NCBI RefSeq assembly: GCF_001447785.1
Contig: NW_015169227.1
Span: 1-64,000 of the forward strand
Direction of reading: 5' to 3'
Source of the DNA: Gekko japonicus
Lineage: Eukaryota
DNA length: 64,000 bases
Shown here: in pieces, positions 37,437 through 50,531 of the stretch
How the letters are laid out: each line of letters begins with the position of its first letter
Position numbering within the stretch: position 1 is the stretch's first letter
Notes under the pieces: generated by a model
The model's input: only the letters and a program-made list of their open reading frames with translations
Database searches by the model: none
What the model was told of the DNA's origin: nothing
Position numbers and translations under genes: made by a program

Positions 37437-40400
37437 TTTAAGAAGGAGATTCAAACAATAAATAACCTTGGTATTTGTGATGCCCTACACAAAAACCCTA
37501 CAGGTAAAGAGGGACAGCAGACTAGAGATCTTGCTGTTCTAACTCAGCTGGAGCAGATGCAATCGTATGAACTATTTGGCAACTGATTTTACAATCCCTA
37601 AGCACAGATTTGACTTTGTCATTTCAAGTGCTAAATGGAGTCTCAGCGCTGGACTAACTAACCCAGAAGAATCCAACAGCAGCCCTTGGACACCTAAAAC
37701 AGATCTGAAACCTCTTTATGCTTCAGATGAACTCTGATGCTTCTCTTAAGCTTTATCCCAGATTATTTGTAACTGTCTGAACAGGTACTACAGTCACCCA
37801 CACAGATGGCTATATCTTAAAAGCTTATTTAAAGCTGCATACACTGCAGCAGACAGAGCATCAAAAGCAGGGGGGAAAGCATGCCACACTTCCTTATTTC
37901 CCACTCAAAAAATAAAAGAGCCTCGCACAAATTTTAAGAAAGAAAATAAGAATAAAGCACTGTCACATGTGGATTGGAATAAAATCATTTAAACTAGAGG
38001 AGAGTTTTTAAAAAATCCCTTACTTGCCTAACATAAATTCCTCCAAACTCTGACCTTCTACTGAATTTGCAGTAAGTAATAATTAAATGTACAGCATGTT
38101 ATAAGGATAAATAAAAACAGGCAAATCCTTAGAAACCTCCTTGAGGGAAGCATTATCCCTATTAAAAGATGAGAACAGAGATTCAGAGAGGTTTAGTATG
38201 CTGTCTGTGCTTTGAGTGTAAAAGCCAGGATTAGAAGAAACATCTAGGGTCCCACAGCTCCACCCACAGTTAAATGTCACCTCTCCCAAATGGAATGGGA
38301 TGGTGGAAGAAAAGGATCATGAGTAGACAAATCAATTGAATTAAAAAAATATTGTTGTATTAACTATAATTCCAGTTTAAGTAAAACAATCCTTTTCAAT
38401 TCCATTTATATTTTCCTGTACTGGTACATAATTAAAAGTAGTGATTGCCTTTTCATACATTTTGATAATCTTTCCACATTCACTACACAGTTGTTTAAAG
38501 CTTCATCCCTGCCCCCCCCCAGTATTTTATCCATATCTTGAAAAGTAGAGATTCAAATCTGATTTCAAGTGGAAACTGAAGTCCCTTTGCACATCTTTCA
38601 CTACAAGTTTTACAGTACATTTCTAAGCATGCTTACTTAGAAATACAGAGGAGGTCAAATGGGATTTACTCCCAACACTCCTAAGCGCACTTTAATTTTA
38701 ACTATTCAAAACTATTCTAGAGGTGAAAGGTGTATATTCTTCAGTGGCAACAACTGAGACACCTGACAAATGAGACAGAAAGCGGGCATAGTGGGCTAGA
38801 GACAGGGCAATAGGAAGAAGAAAGGAAGAAGAAAAAGGATTACAGAACAACAGCCTAGAAGAAAAGAGGTTTATAACACCTCTTTGAGGGTGGCTGACCT
38901 TGGAGAGCAAAGCATCAAATAGCACCCTAACACAACTGATGGCAGGCTGGTATGAGTACTTCACCATTTAATACCAAATAATTCCTAGACTGAAGGCAGT
39001 CTTGAGCTTAAAGATCAGTAAGTAATAAGCAGAGGGAAGAAATCCAAGGGCCAAAGATAAAATTTGGTGAGGAGAGTCTTATTCTCTTCATTTCCATGAC
39101 GTTTAAACTATGATCCCTTTGGGGGTTAGAGATTATTTGAATTATGAAAAACAGAGATTACATATTCTAAACCCAAGAGATAGAATGGACTATAGATAAA
39201 AACAATTAAGTAAAAGCATTCTTCCAAGGTGCTTGCTGATGCTGAAACAAAAACTATTATTGCTTCACAATATTAGAAGTTTAAACCAATTGCAGCTCTT
39301 GAGGCATCTGAAAAACATGGGACCAAAGATGCGCTGCCAAAAATAAATAAAAAGAAATGTCTCTAATCTATAGCAACAATGGAATGACAAAACTGCTAAG
39401 GCTGGTACGTCCTAGCACTATGACAGCAAAACATTCTTTACATCTGTGAAACGCAGCTAAATTTACAGCTGGCGTTAAGTAGCAATTCAGATACAGTTGG
39501 CGCAAGATTACCAATGTCAGGCCCACTAATTGCAACACATTACTGTCCTGTTAAACCAACAACAACAACAACAAAACCCATTTCCATTATCCCTTTGGCA
39601 ATTTAAAGCTCCAAAAGGAAGTATCCTCTTCTGGCCATTATTAGGCACAATCTTATTATTTTTCTAATGCTTAACTCTTCTTTATGAGCTGCAGGGTTCT
39701 TGAAATACACACATTAAAGACCAGTTCTGGATGACACTGCATGGGATGGTGAAACAGGTCGCAATAGGCAGTAGAAGCAATATGTTCATGGACTTTCCTG
39801 AATCCAGGTTTGGTCTTTTGCAAGTTTGATCCTAGCATACCTTTGAGAAAGAACAGGTTGGAAGATGATGGAATCTTAAATTGACATATTTCTACATTTA
39901 ATGCCAGTACTGGTGGAAGACATCTAATGCATGTCAAAGGAAAGAGGGTATCATAAAAGAGGCAGTCATTCTGCTTCTTAGAATGTAAAAAAGTCTATGC
40001 AAAACTTTACTTCAAAATAATCTAAACACCATTCACAAAAGGAACTAGGAATACAGGCTTCAGCTGTGCGTAATTATTACAGCATGCTATGCTATAAGCA
40101 CAGGAAGTGTTGTATTTTGCTACTCAATCCAACACAGAGACAAAAGGATGCCATCTTTCACTACATACCTCATGGCTTCCTACATTTTAAACACAATGTT
40201 CAGCATGCACAACAGTCATAAGGTTTACTCCCACCTGCATAGGCAAGAGAGCTAGTGTCAAATGTATTCAAAGAGATCTGGAATTAACAAAGAATTCTAC
40301 AGTTGTTTGGGGCACCACTTGATGTATTCTGAATTTAAACATAATGAATTAATTTTCATCCCAAAAGGGCAAATGCTACAGAATAGCCTTTGAATAAAAT

Positions 40401-40559
40401 GGACCAAAATTTTAAGTTTTTACAGCTCATGAAATCTATGTTCTAAATATAACTAGTTATCACATTAGAGCACAGATAGTTAAAACCAGCAATTTCCTAC
40501 AGACAGCCATCAGTATGGGCTAAACCAGATAAGACACTGTCCCTGGATTCATGCCTCCA

Positions 40560-41290
40560 TTTTGCTGATACAGGGTATGATGCCAGCAGGGGCATGTTGG
40601 CAAATAATACCCCCCTGGGTGCAATTTCAAGTTGGAATATATAATTCCTGCAGTTCCCAAGGCCTTTAATGTTAAGGTTATCCCACAGGTTTTATTTGGG
40701 GCAAGCATTTGGATTAATGGGGTCACTGAGTTTATCGACCATCCACTTCTTCAGTTTCCCCATAGACTTTCCTTCAGTAAATGTAAAAGACCAACCCCCA
40801 GGTTGTTTGTGCAGTTTGTGCAGCGCTCATTGGAGTCCAGGGCCAGGTGCCTTCAGCTTAAGAACATAAGAGAAGCCAATGTTGGATCAGGCCAATGGCC
40901 CTTAAGACTGAAGTCCCTCTTTTCAAAGTCCAGTACCTGGGGGTTGGTCTTTTACATTTACTGAAGGAAAGTCTATGGGGAAAAGAAGGAAGTGTGTGGG
41001 GGAAATGTGTGGATAATCTATTAGAGTGTCTTGGTTTCTCTCCTATTGTGGTTAGGGATATGAGCTATACTAAAGCTGTAAGGCTGGTAAGGAAAAGGAT
41101 ATTGAGCTTAACTATGCCAGCACGCAGGCCCATGCAGGAAGTATATGTTCTATGTTTGCAGGCGCTCTGACACTAAGCCTCCTTACAGCTCCTAGACATA
41201 GGCATGCTTTTACATTAGGCAGACTGAATGTTCTGCTAACTGCAGGGGTTAGGGGGTGTTTAACCAAAACTCAGGGCCAGCATCTTGTCT
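40560..41290 (+). mobile_element. Old RTE-X-like LINE fragment with a short CR1 3'-end insertion (about 40860-40900)
   Basis: AFNVKVIPQVLFGASIW parallels the 11.7 kb element. The insert matches 34438-34478 and is flanked by cttaaga. Confidence 0.6.
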
Positions 41291-41924
41291 AGTTTGGCCC
41301 TATGTTTATGACTAGTGCTACCAGTTTCTTATGTTGGACACTGTAAGATGAATTAACGGAAATCTGATTACATTTGAAGGCAAGTGACTGGTGTTCTGGA
41401 TAACTTTTGGCATAAGACGTTTTAATCAGAAAATAAAGAGTTAACAAAAACTAGAATCGTCCATGTGCAAAAACATCAAGGCACTCACATACAGCACAGC
41501 GGCATGGCATATCATGCTTTGCCCAGAATTATAGCATTTATCTTTCATTCCAGCAATTTTTCTCTTAAATTGATGCATACTGTGAAGCTTTACTACAATT
41601 GCTGCTCCAAACAGCATCTCCTAGCATTTAGAAGCAATGATATAGTGCAAAAACCATGTAATTGTGAACAAAGAATGTCAGCAAGTGATAGTTAAGGTGT
41701 CTTTTGGTTGTCTTGTACTGTCTTACTTGATAACAGCTGTATTAACGTATTCTTCAAAATTTGGTAACAGAAAAAAAGATAAAATAAAAAAATTGAAAAA
41801 GCTAAATGTGAAAAGGTAGCAACCCATCAACATCTGAATTTGCTACTGTTTTATTTAGCAACATCTATTGCAACATGCTGTTTGTCTGATGGCAAAAATA
41901 CAGGGCTCACAAGACTTTGCTCAC

Positions 41925-41936
41925 CTTTCATATAAA
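41925..41936 (-). CDS. NHSL1: Candidate 12-nt cassette microexon of NHSL1 (adds xYMK in phase 1)
   Basis: ctctgac...tccttgtctttaccctattttgctcccatatctctgcag|TTTATATGAAAG|gtgagc: branch-point-like CTGAC, long pyrimidine tract, strong donor, length divisible by 3, no stop in phase 1. Confidence 0.6.
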
Positions 41937-42573
41937 CTGCAGAGATATGGGAGCAAAATAGGGTAAAGACAAGGATTTTTGTGTCAGAGTTGTGAAACAC
42001 AGACTCTTCTATTGATGCTGTGCAAAATAATGTTACTAGATTATTTAAACCCACAAAACCTCTGAAGTCAAAAGCATGTCAAGGTTATATCTGAAATGAG
42101 GAGAAGTGGCAACACCTATTAAAAAGATATAAGCTTTACTATCTACGTTGTGTTGAATAATCATCAGACAAGGTCTCAAGTAATTTCTGGCCCCTTCCTA
42201 ATATCAGTACTAGCAGTTGCTTGAAATAATGTGAAAAGTCTAGTAATTGAGGCCCTCTGTTTGTGGAGCGCTAATAAGGCAACACTTACACAACCTGAAA
42301 TAATGCCAGAGAGATTCCCCCCCCCCAATCTGTACATAGGTTTAGTTAAACTATGTGTAACTTATTTCACATACAACATCAGTGCTACATTCTTTCCACA
42401 ACTACAGTTCTGAACAGTTGCACATACTTCTCTGACATGCTTGAATACTTGCTCTGCTATGAATACATTTAAATTTTAAAATAAGTCATGTTAACTAACA
42501 ATCTCAAGTTGTAGAATTCAGTGCCCAGCGCTAGAAGAAGCATATACACTGTGAGTCCTGAAGATTAGCCCAT

Positions 42574-43099
42574 GGTTGTGTTCAGACTGGCAGTTTGGCC
42601 CCATATAGGCACATTTTACAAATGGATTAAACAGGCAGGATCACACAGTCACATCTGTCAGGTGTTCCCCGGGTGTACTCGCCCCGTCAAAGGATGAGTT
42701 GGGGCCGGGTTAAAAAGCCACCACCTCCAAAGTGGTGTTTTTGTTCCCCTGTGCATTCATTGCGCAAGGCCGGATGTCTGAACTTGGGGGAGTACGTGCA
42801 GAACTGATTTGGCAGTGTGAACCTGCAGGTCTGTTCTGCAGCTTTGGAGGTGGTTTTTTAAAAGACTTGCCTATGTGCGCATGCGTGCGCATGTGCACTA
42901 CGCACACACATGGTGTTTGGATTTTTTTTGCAGTTCGCTCCATGGCTGCGGCGCCACAATAATGTGGAGGCTTTAGCACGGGATGTCTCCGTGAGTAACC
43001 CACAGCAGTGCTGTGTGGCTGATATATCCCACTACACTTTAACCCAGTTCAATTAGAGGCGGCACCATATCACGCCAAGCCGCCAGTGTGGTGACAGCC
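42574..43099. mobile_element. MITE with Harbinger-like termini
   Basis: Imperfect TIR ggttgtgttcagactggc / gccagtgtggtgacagcc; internal inverted repeat aaaaagccaccacctccaaag / ctttggaggtggttttt. Confidence 0.6.
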
Positions 43100-46000
43100 T
43101 TAGAGTGACAGGCTTGCTGAGCTCTCTCCCCAAAGTCTGCCCTCCCCAGGCACAACTCTCAAATCTCCAGGAATTTCCCAAGCAGGATTTGGCAGCCCCC
43201 CAAACCAGCCAAAATACTGCCCCTCAGAGTGCAGGGGCCTCCTCACAATAAGATAAGCTGCACAGGAAGCTACAGTTCAAATAGGAAATCCACAGAAATC
43301 ATAGCGACAGCCCCAAAGACAGCTTGAGCTGAACTGAATCAAAATACGGTCTCCAAATTAAATTCTGTCTGCTATTCTGTAGAGCTCATAGTTTAAAAAC
43401 AAGAACACTTTCCTCTTAATAAAAGAAACAGAAAGGTGCACCTTTAAGAACTGCTACTGCTTGCCTAGCTAAACTGAAAAAACGCTTGCGCTCTAAGACA
43501 CCAGAAACAATCTGTTTCTGATATTTGCTAAGAATGTTGCCAAGAAAAGAATTCAAGGAATGCCATTACATGCACACTACACATAAGACAACTGGTGAAC
43601 AGACCATTGATGTATTTTCAAAGAATAGAAAATAAATCAGCATTTCTAGAACGGATCTTTCCTCTAGGGAGCAACGACCACATGCCCAGGATTTTTCAGG
43701 AATGGTATCCAACATTACTTATTGCTATTTTTAGCAGAAAATATTCTCTCTGCTTTCTTTCCTCAGATCTACAGCTGTAAAACAAGCAGTAGTATGGAAA
43801 ATGGTTCTTAAACGTAGCCAAACTAAGTTTACAGTACTCCAGGCCATACGTTCTTTACAGTGAAATCATAACATGGTTTAGACAAGCAGGAACTCTTGTT
43901 TCAGTACAGAATAAAATATCATGTTTGGTATGATTTTTCTAAAAAATTACTCTAGAAGCGACAATATTTTCATCTCCAAGGTCTCCCTTCTTTCATCCCC
44001 CTAATCCAAACTATTCAAGATATATAAATAAACTCCCTATTTGAATTCCAGTATATTGAGAACTCTTACACATTCTAATCCAACAATAATGCATCATAAA
44101 ATGGTCGGTCTTATTAATTGTACAGACTCAGTCAATGAAACATAAATTACTAGTTCTGCTTGCGTGTTTGATTAAAACAAGTAGGTTCCACGTTCACAGC
44201 TTTAACACCCAAGGAAGTTTAACTTTCAAAAAAATGCATCCCACAATTCTCAGTCACATGGCTCCCAAGGTCTCTAACAAAGAGATGAACCAGTGATTAC
44301 TAAATCATTTGAAGTACCACATCAGTAAAACACGAGTCAACAACACATAAAATAATACAGTATATAGAAAAAAATTGTTTTGGAGGGAGGGAACATCAGG
44401 AAAAACAAAAAATATGCTCCCAAAGCACTCAGAATTAACAAAGAATAAAATTGTGAAATCACTCAAAAGTCAGGTGATTAATACAGATTAATACAAAAAT
44501 GTATTAAATTGGGTGCTAGGTAGATGGCAGGTGGGTGGGTGTGTCCACAACTGAAGCCACCACAAAGAGGTTCTATTTTTAACAGCCACCTACCACAAAT
44601 CTGAAAGTGGGGACATACAAAGTAGGCTATTTGCATCCCTCTTTTCCAAGGGCTCGGGATGAAATCTAATATTTCTCAACCTCTTATCTGTAATTAAAAT
44701 GATTAGAAGCAACTTGTGTCCTGTACTACTTCCTGCTACATCCAGCACAAAACCCTCCATCCTTTACTTTTTCAGCATTAACTCTGCTAAAGTTTTATAT
44801 TTGGTCAGTGCTAACATGGTTAGTTTCATCTGGGTTTTAAGAAGAACTATGACCACTGGTTCAGATATAACCTTGGTGCATATCTGTCACTACACTAATG
44901 AGGAAAAGCAGGAGAGAACTTGTGCAAGATGTGAAGGAAGTTCTTGAGCTCAAAAGGTAGTCTCTGAACTCTCTGCTTAAGTGATAGCTCAACTACCTTT
45001 GACAGCCAGCCAAATTTTGTGTTTGCCAACTTTCTACTTCACAGTACTTCCAATGGAACTGTAGCATGCTTCTGCTGAGCCCCAGAGAACGCCATACTGC
45101 CCAAACATGCATAAACACGACTTGTTATCTCTAAAATAAAATTACATTGGGTCAAAAAAAAATGGTAGACAGACATAGCAATGCTGTGTACCACAGCTGA
45201 ATGGGATGCAGTGGTGCACAGTGGGTTGGATCTAGACTAAATTGTCAACTTCCACTGATTGCCCCTTCCCACTGCAGACGCCCCTCATGTTACTGTTCAG
45301 GATCTCCTGTCTCCAAGGTCCAGCATTTTGTGCAGATCAAAGGACTGCAATGGGAGGGGGAGGCAGGAAAGTTCCATTCAGCCATTAGTCTGGCTCCAGC
45401 CCAGTATCTGTCTGGATCACTTAGTCCTGGATGGGCCACCCAGAATTTTTTTGCTATATTACTATTTCCTCTCTCCCTTCCTTCTGCTTCCTATGAGAGT
45501 GCATGGCAAGCCAAGAGTCTTGAAAGAGGTAACCACAGGATAACCAGCCTGTAAATGAGCCAGAATAAAGGTGGCATATGAGAGCTGTGTGATATCTTAT
45601 CTGTAGTTCCAATGGAGACCCATACACCTGAACTTCTGAATTCTGTCAATTAGGGGTGCAACTGGCCTGATAACTCGACAATTTTTAATCCTATCCCATG
45701 AGTAGCAAGCATATTATTTGCTGAAGCAACTTGCTTCAGTGGCCCCTTGTCTTTCTGCCACAATGTAATTTTTAAAAAAAGCAAACAATTCCTGAGCTAG
45801 AATCATAAACATAGAGTCAAGAAACAAATTTCTGCACACAACTGCTGCTGAGACACACACATATATATATATATATTAAATCAAATTGCCAGTGCTCATC
45901 AAACTTTTTGTAGATATACTGATAATTATGCCCAAAGGACAGTAGGAGACGGCACGTAATCTTTCATGCTGTCTTTCATAGCTTTCCTCTGAACTTGTTC

Positions 46001-46404
46001 CTTAGCTGTATGTAAATTGGATAGCTAGACTAAAACAAACATCTAGAAACCACTGAAAAGAGCCAACGAGTTTTTAAAAGTATAACAGATAGAAGGGAAA
46101 AAAGAAACTACTGCTGTTAACTGTATCTCAAAAACTTTGTTTCCAGAATCTCATATATATATTAGGAAGCACCAAACAATTCCATTCTACAAAGTGGCAC
46201 TAGGCCCTATTTGCAATATCATCACTAACAGTCACTGGAAGGTCCTCGGAATGCACCTCCTTGCATAGTAAGATCAACACTCGCTGCTGCCTGTAAAAAT
46301 TTTCTCAGTCAATTTTTCTCATTCTACAGCTGTGTTTTGAAGACCAATAATCTAGTACCTTTCTAGCCTGCCTTTTCTACAAGCAGTTAAGGGCAGCACA
46401 GTGT

Positions 46405-46612
46405 AGAGCCATTGTAGTGTAGTATACAGAATGGTGGACCCTGGGTTCAAATCTCCTACCATGGAAGCTTCCTAGTGACCTTGGCCCCATCACAAACTCT
46501 CGGCCCGACCTACCTCACAGGGTTGTTGTAAGAAAATGGAGGAGGATAAAACAATCTTCTAAGCCACTTAAGAACCCAACTGTGGGGAGAAAAGCAGGAT
46601 ATAAATAAATAA
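46405..46612 (+). mobile_element. Squam3-like SINE
   Basis: Head gagcca...gtgtagt, core cctacctcacagggttgttg, (taaa)n tail. Confidence 0.75.
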
Positions 46613-47850
46613 ATGCCAAATGCAAATACATACGTGGTTGTCCCTTCCCCAATTTATCCTTACAAGAACCTGTGAGATTGACTAGGCTGACAAAGAACAA
46701 CTGGCCTTAATAGTGCAATCCTATTTATTATTTGTTTATTTATTTATTTATTGAATTTGTACCCCGCCCTCCCCTCAGGCTTACACTGGTTAAAACATAA
46801 ATAACAATTAAGATACACATAAAATCATCTAAACAACTCAGTTATAAATAATTCATAGTTCATAAAATGCTGGCAATGTTTAATTGGTTACTTAAGATGG
46901 CATACCGTCAGGGTGCATAAAAGAGGTCCTTCGTAATATGAGCGGCGGCACAGGCTAGGTAAACTGACTTCCATGGACTTGGAAGGGTATAACTCACTGA
47001 GTTTCATGGCAAAGTGGGAATCTGAACTCTGATCTCCTGGACCCTAGACCAAAACTGTATTGCCACACTAGCTCTCACTGGCTGTATCAGTAATTACTAA
47101 TGTGAATAATGATTCCAAAGAGATTTTAAAAATACAGTACATGTAACAATAGGAAGGGTGAGAGTATTTCCGCCGTCTAACAAAGATATGCAAGAAGAAT
47201 CCCATAATCCACTTCAACTCAAACCAGGCTACATTTAGTTAGCAGCTGTGGGGGTAGGGTTGTTGAAAGCACCATGGTCAGAGCAGGGATCCCCTGCCCC
47301 CCCATTTCCCTTGCTGCCACTGCTCTGAGCAATGGCCATTGGACTGACAGCATGACATCACTTCCAGGAATATCTGGAACTGATGGCATTGCTCTCTAAG
47401 AATTGCCAACACTTCTATGATTTCTCCAGTGATTCCTAGAGAAGACTGACATCACTTCTAGATATTCCCAGAAGTGATGTCACATTGTCACTGATGCCCC
47501 CACATCTCCCCCACTCTTCCGCTGGCTGCCAGCCCTGGCAATTCTGGGGGAGGGATACAGATAGGGTTTAACTTCCCCCACTTCCACACACACACACACA
47601 CACACAAAATCATCAAGGATATACAAACTGCCAGCCTTTCCTTTTTCCACTATGAGGGCAGCAATAGGAAACAGAACCTGCTGGGGAGATGGCAAGTGAT
47701 TAATTCCAAACCTCATCCTAATTAAAGGAACAAGAAGCACAGCACACTCCTTTTGCCTTGATTTCTGAGTCAGCAATCCTCCCAAAGTACTCGGCCAAGG
47801 AGGCAGCAGGAAATACTAGTGGATCCTTGAACACTGCTCATGGCTTGCTT

Positions 47851-48198
47851 TAAGGTAAAGGTTCCCTTGCTCGAAAGCCAGTCAAGTCCGACTCTAGGGT
47901 TGCGGTGCTCATCTCCGTTTCAAAGCCGAAGAGCCAGCGCTGTCCGAAGACGTTTCCGTGGTCACATGGCCGGCATGACTAAACACCAAGGCGCACGGAA
48001 CACTGTTACCTTCCCACCGAAGCGGTACCTATTTATCTACTTGCAATTTCTTGCTTTCGAACTGCTAGGTTGGCAGAAGCTGGAACTAGAGATGGGAGCT
48101 CACTCCATCATGTGGCAACTCGGGTCTCGAACTGCTGAACTACTGACCTTCCACAGCCTGCAGTTCAGCGTCTTAACCACTTGAGCCACCGCAGCTTC
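47851..48198 (-). mobile_element. Sauria SINE, full length
   Basis: Near-identical to the 24848-25198 copy; 12-bp TSD catggcttgctt. Confidence 0.92.
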
Positions 48199-49319
48199 CA
48201 TGGCTTGCTTCAGCTGCCCTTTATTGGCACAATCACAAAAAGGTAGATGCAGATGGGGCTGTGAGAAATGACTCCCGTGGTGCTGTCAGGTCATTTAAAA
48301 GAGGTATTTGTTTCTGTGTTCAAAGTTCTTGAGATGTACTCAGTATATGCAATATTTTGCCACCAAAAATATATATTCTCTGTATCTCATCATGATATAG
48401 AGCACGAAGAAACTCTCTCAGAGAGGAAGAGCATAAAAGCATGATGCACTCTTATAAATTTGAATACCAAAAGGAATTAATACAAACTTAATATGCTAGA
48501 AAAGGGCTCTATTCTTCTGTACCTCCCCCCCATCACAAGATGAACAGAGTCCAGTAGCCCTGCGTTTAAACAATTACATATCATTGAATTGAGAACAATG
48601 AATAAATGCAATTATTTGAGAAGCAGACAGTTCTAAAGGCATGCACAAACCTTTTCACTAATTAAAAAAGGAAAGGAATAAAACTTAACATCAGGTTTCA
48701 GCAAACAAAGAACCTTGAATTTTTGCTTCTCATCACACAGGTTTTTTTATCAGCACAACTCTTTATGTAGGACTCAGTTTCAAAAGAAACTGCAGGCATA
48801 GCTAGCATTTGCATTTATTATAAAGTGAAAATACATTTATATCCTCTCCTCCAGGCATTCATTAGACCTCATACCCTTTTGGGAATAATTAAACAATGGT
48901 ACTGTTTGACAAAGAGCTATTAAGCAACACTGCCAGACCTCATACTTCCCCACAACTATCTCAAAGTTCCCAAAACACAAACAATGCATTTCAAATGCTT
49001 AGCATGTTCAGCAATTTACAACCGATAAGGCAGCCTTTTGTATGGAAAGGGTGTATGTGTGTTTCAAGCTTAGCTTAGCATGGGAAGAATTCCAAGGAGG
49101 GAAAAAAAATGATTTTCCTGCTGCTTATAAAGGACAAAGGGTTAAATGAGTTTTGCTGTGCTCCTGTTTCAGATCCAGGCAATAAATCAAACTCCGATAC
49201 TTCCAAGAGTTGTTAGCACAGCTGAGAGTTTACAGTCAGAACCACACTGCAAAAAAAGCAGCACTACAGCCCTGTCAGGAATTCCAGCAAAACTACATTG
49301 CGACTAAAGTGTCACTTAC

Positions 49320-49335
49320 CTTTCAAACAAAACAT
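49320..49335 (-). CDS. NHSL1: NHSL1 alternative first coding exon, MFCLK(A)
   Basis: aggATG TTT TGT TTG AAA G|gtaagt: consensus donor, phase 1, preceded by a non-repetitive CpG-containing segment. Gives [13 protein letters not shown], an N-terminus I recall for vertebrate NHSL1 isoforms. Confidence 0.8.
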
Positions 49336-49560
49336 CCTGAGACAGTTCCATGGAGGGAAGGCAAAAGGGCCCTGCTTGCAAGAGAGTGCAATGCGCGCCA
49401 GTGCCAGGTACAGCTGTTCCCCAGTCCTCCCCATTCAAGCGCACAGCCGGGGAGAAGCCTGGCGATTAGCCAGCTCTGGTTGTTCTAGGAAGCAGCTGCC
49501 CAGCCCACTGATTTCTAAACAACACAACTGACACCTCTTATCTCCCTAGTCCTTGTATTC
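49336..49560 (-). promoter_or_regulatory. Probable 5'UTR/promoter of the MFCLK first exon
   Basis: Repeat-free and locally GC/CpG-enriched (tgcgcgcc, agcgca, ccggg, ggcga), with CAGCTG E-boxes. Confidence 0.5.
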
Positions 49561-50245
49561 TTAAAAGGCAATTTAAAAGGGGGCAACTGTGACTCTTCAG
49601 CCATGCCCAGCACTGTACAAAGCTGCATACATTTGTTTTACCTCCTCTCACAAGGGTTTTCCACTGAAAACAGTCCATGCCTGGAAACCGGTCAGGGCTA
49701 GGAAAAACAAACCACCCTTAATCTACCTCAGTCTATGAAAAGTAAACTCTGCCTCTCTGCACTTTCTTCCAAATTGTCCTGGAATTCATTACTTCTCAAG
49801 TGCTTTGCCTGGATAGCCTTCCATAACCCATGTGCATTTTGTACACAAAATGTACAAAAAACAACAACAAAAGACAAAAAAAGAAGACACAGTCATCATT
49901 GTCCTTGAACATCAATCACAAGCTCTTATAAATTAAACTGTCCTCTAAAAATGCTAGAACTATTTCTTTTCATGTTACTTGAGATCAAGAGTACCTCACC
50001 AAAGACTCCTGAGTAAACTTAGTAGTCATGGGATAAGAGGACAAGTTATTTTATGGACTAAAAACAGGAAGCAAAGAGTAGGAATCTATGGACAGTTCTC
50101 ACAATGGAGAGAAGAAAGCAGTGGGATCCCACAAAAGTCAGTATTGGGGCCAGTACTATTTAATTTATTCATCAATTATCTGGAACTAGGGGTGAGTAAT
50201 GTAATGTAGTGGGCAAGTTTGTTTGTTTTGGTTTTTTAGCCCCTC

Positions 50246-50531
50246 AAAGAAGAAAAAGAGATTGGATTTATACCCCGCCCTTCACTACCCAAAGGTGTCT
50301 CAGAGCGGCTTACAAACTCCTTTCCCTTCCCCTCCCCACAACAGACACTCTGTGAGGTAGGTGGGGCTGAGAGAGCTCTTGACAGAAACGGCTCTTTTTC
50401 AAGGACAGCTCTGAGAGAACTACGGCTTGCCCAAGGTCATCCAGCCAGGTGCAAGTGGAGGAGTGGGGAATCAAACCCGGTTCTCCCAGATTAGAGTCCG
50501 CGCACGTAACCACTACACCAAACTGGCTCTC
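50246..50531 (-). mobile_element. Young Squam3 (long, gecko-type) SINE
   Basis: gagagccagtttggtgtagtggtta...gaaccgggtttgattcccc head with A/B boxes; gggcggggtataaatccaat plus CTT tail. Confidence 0.88.
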
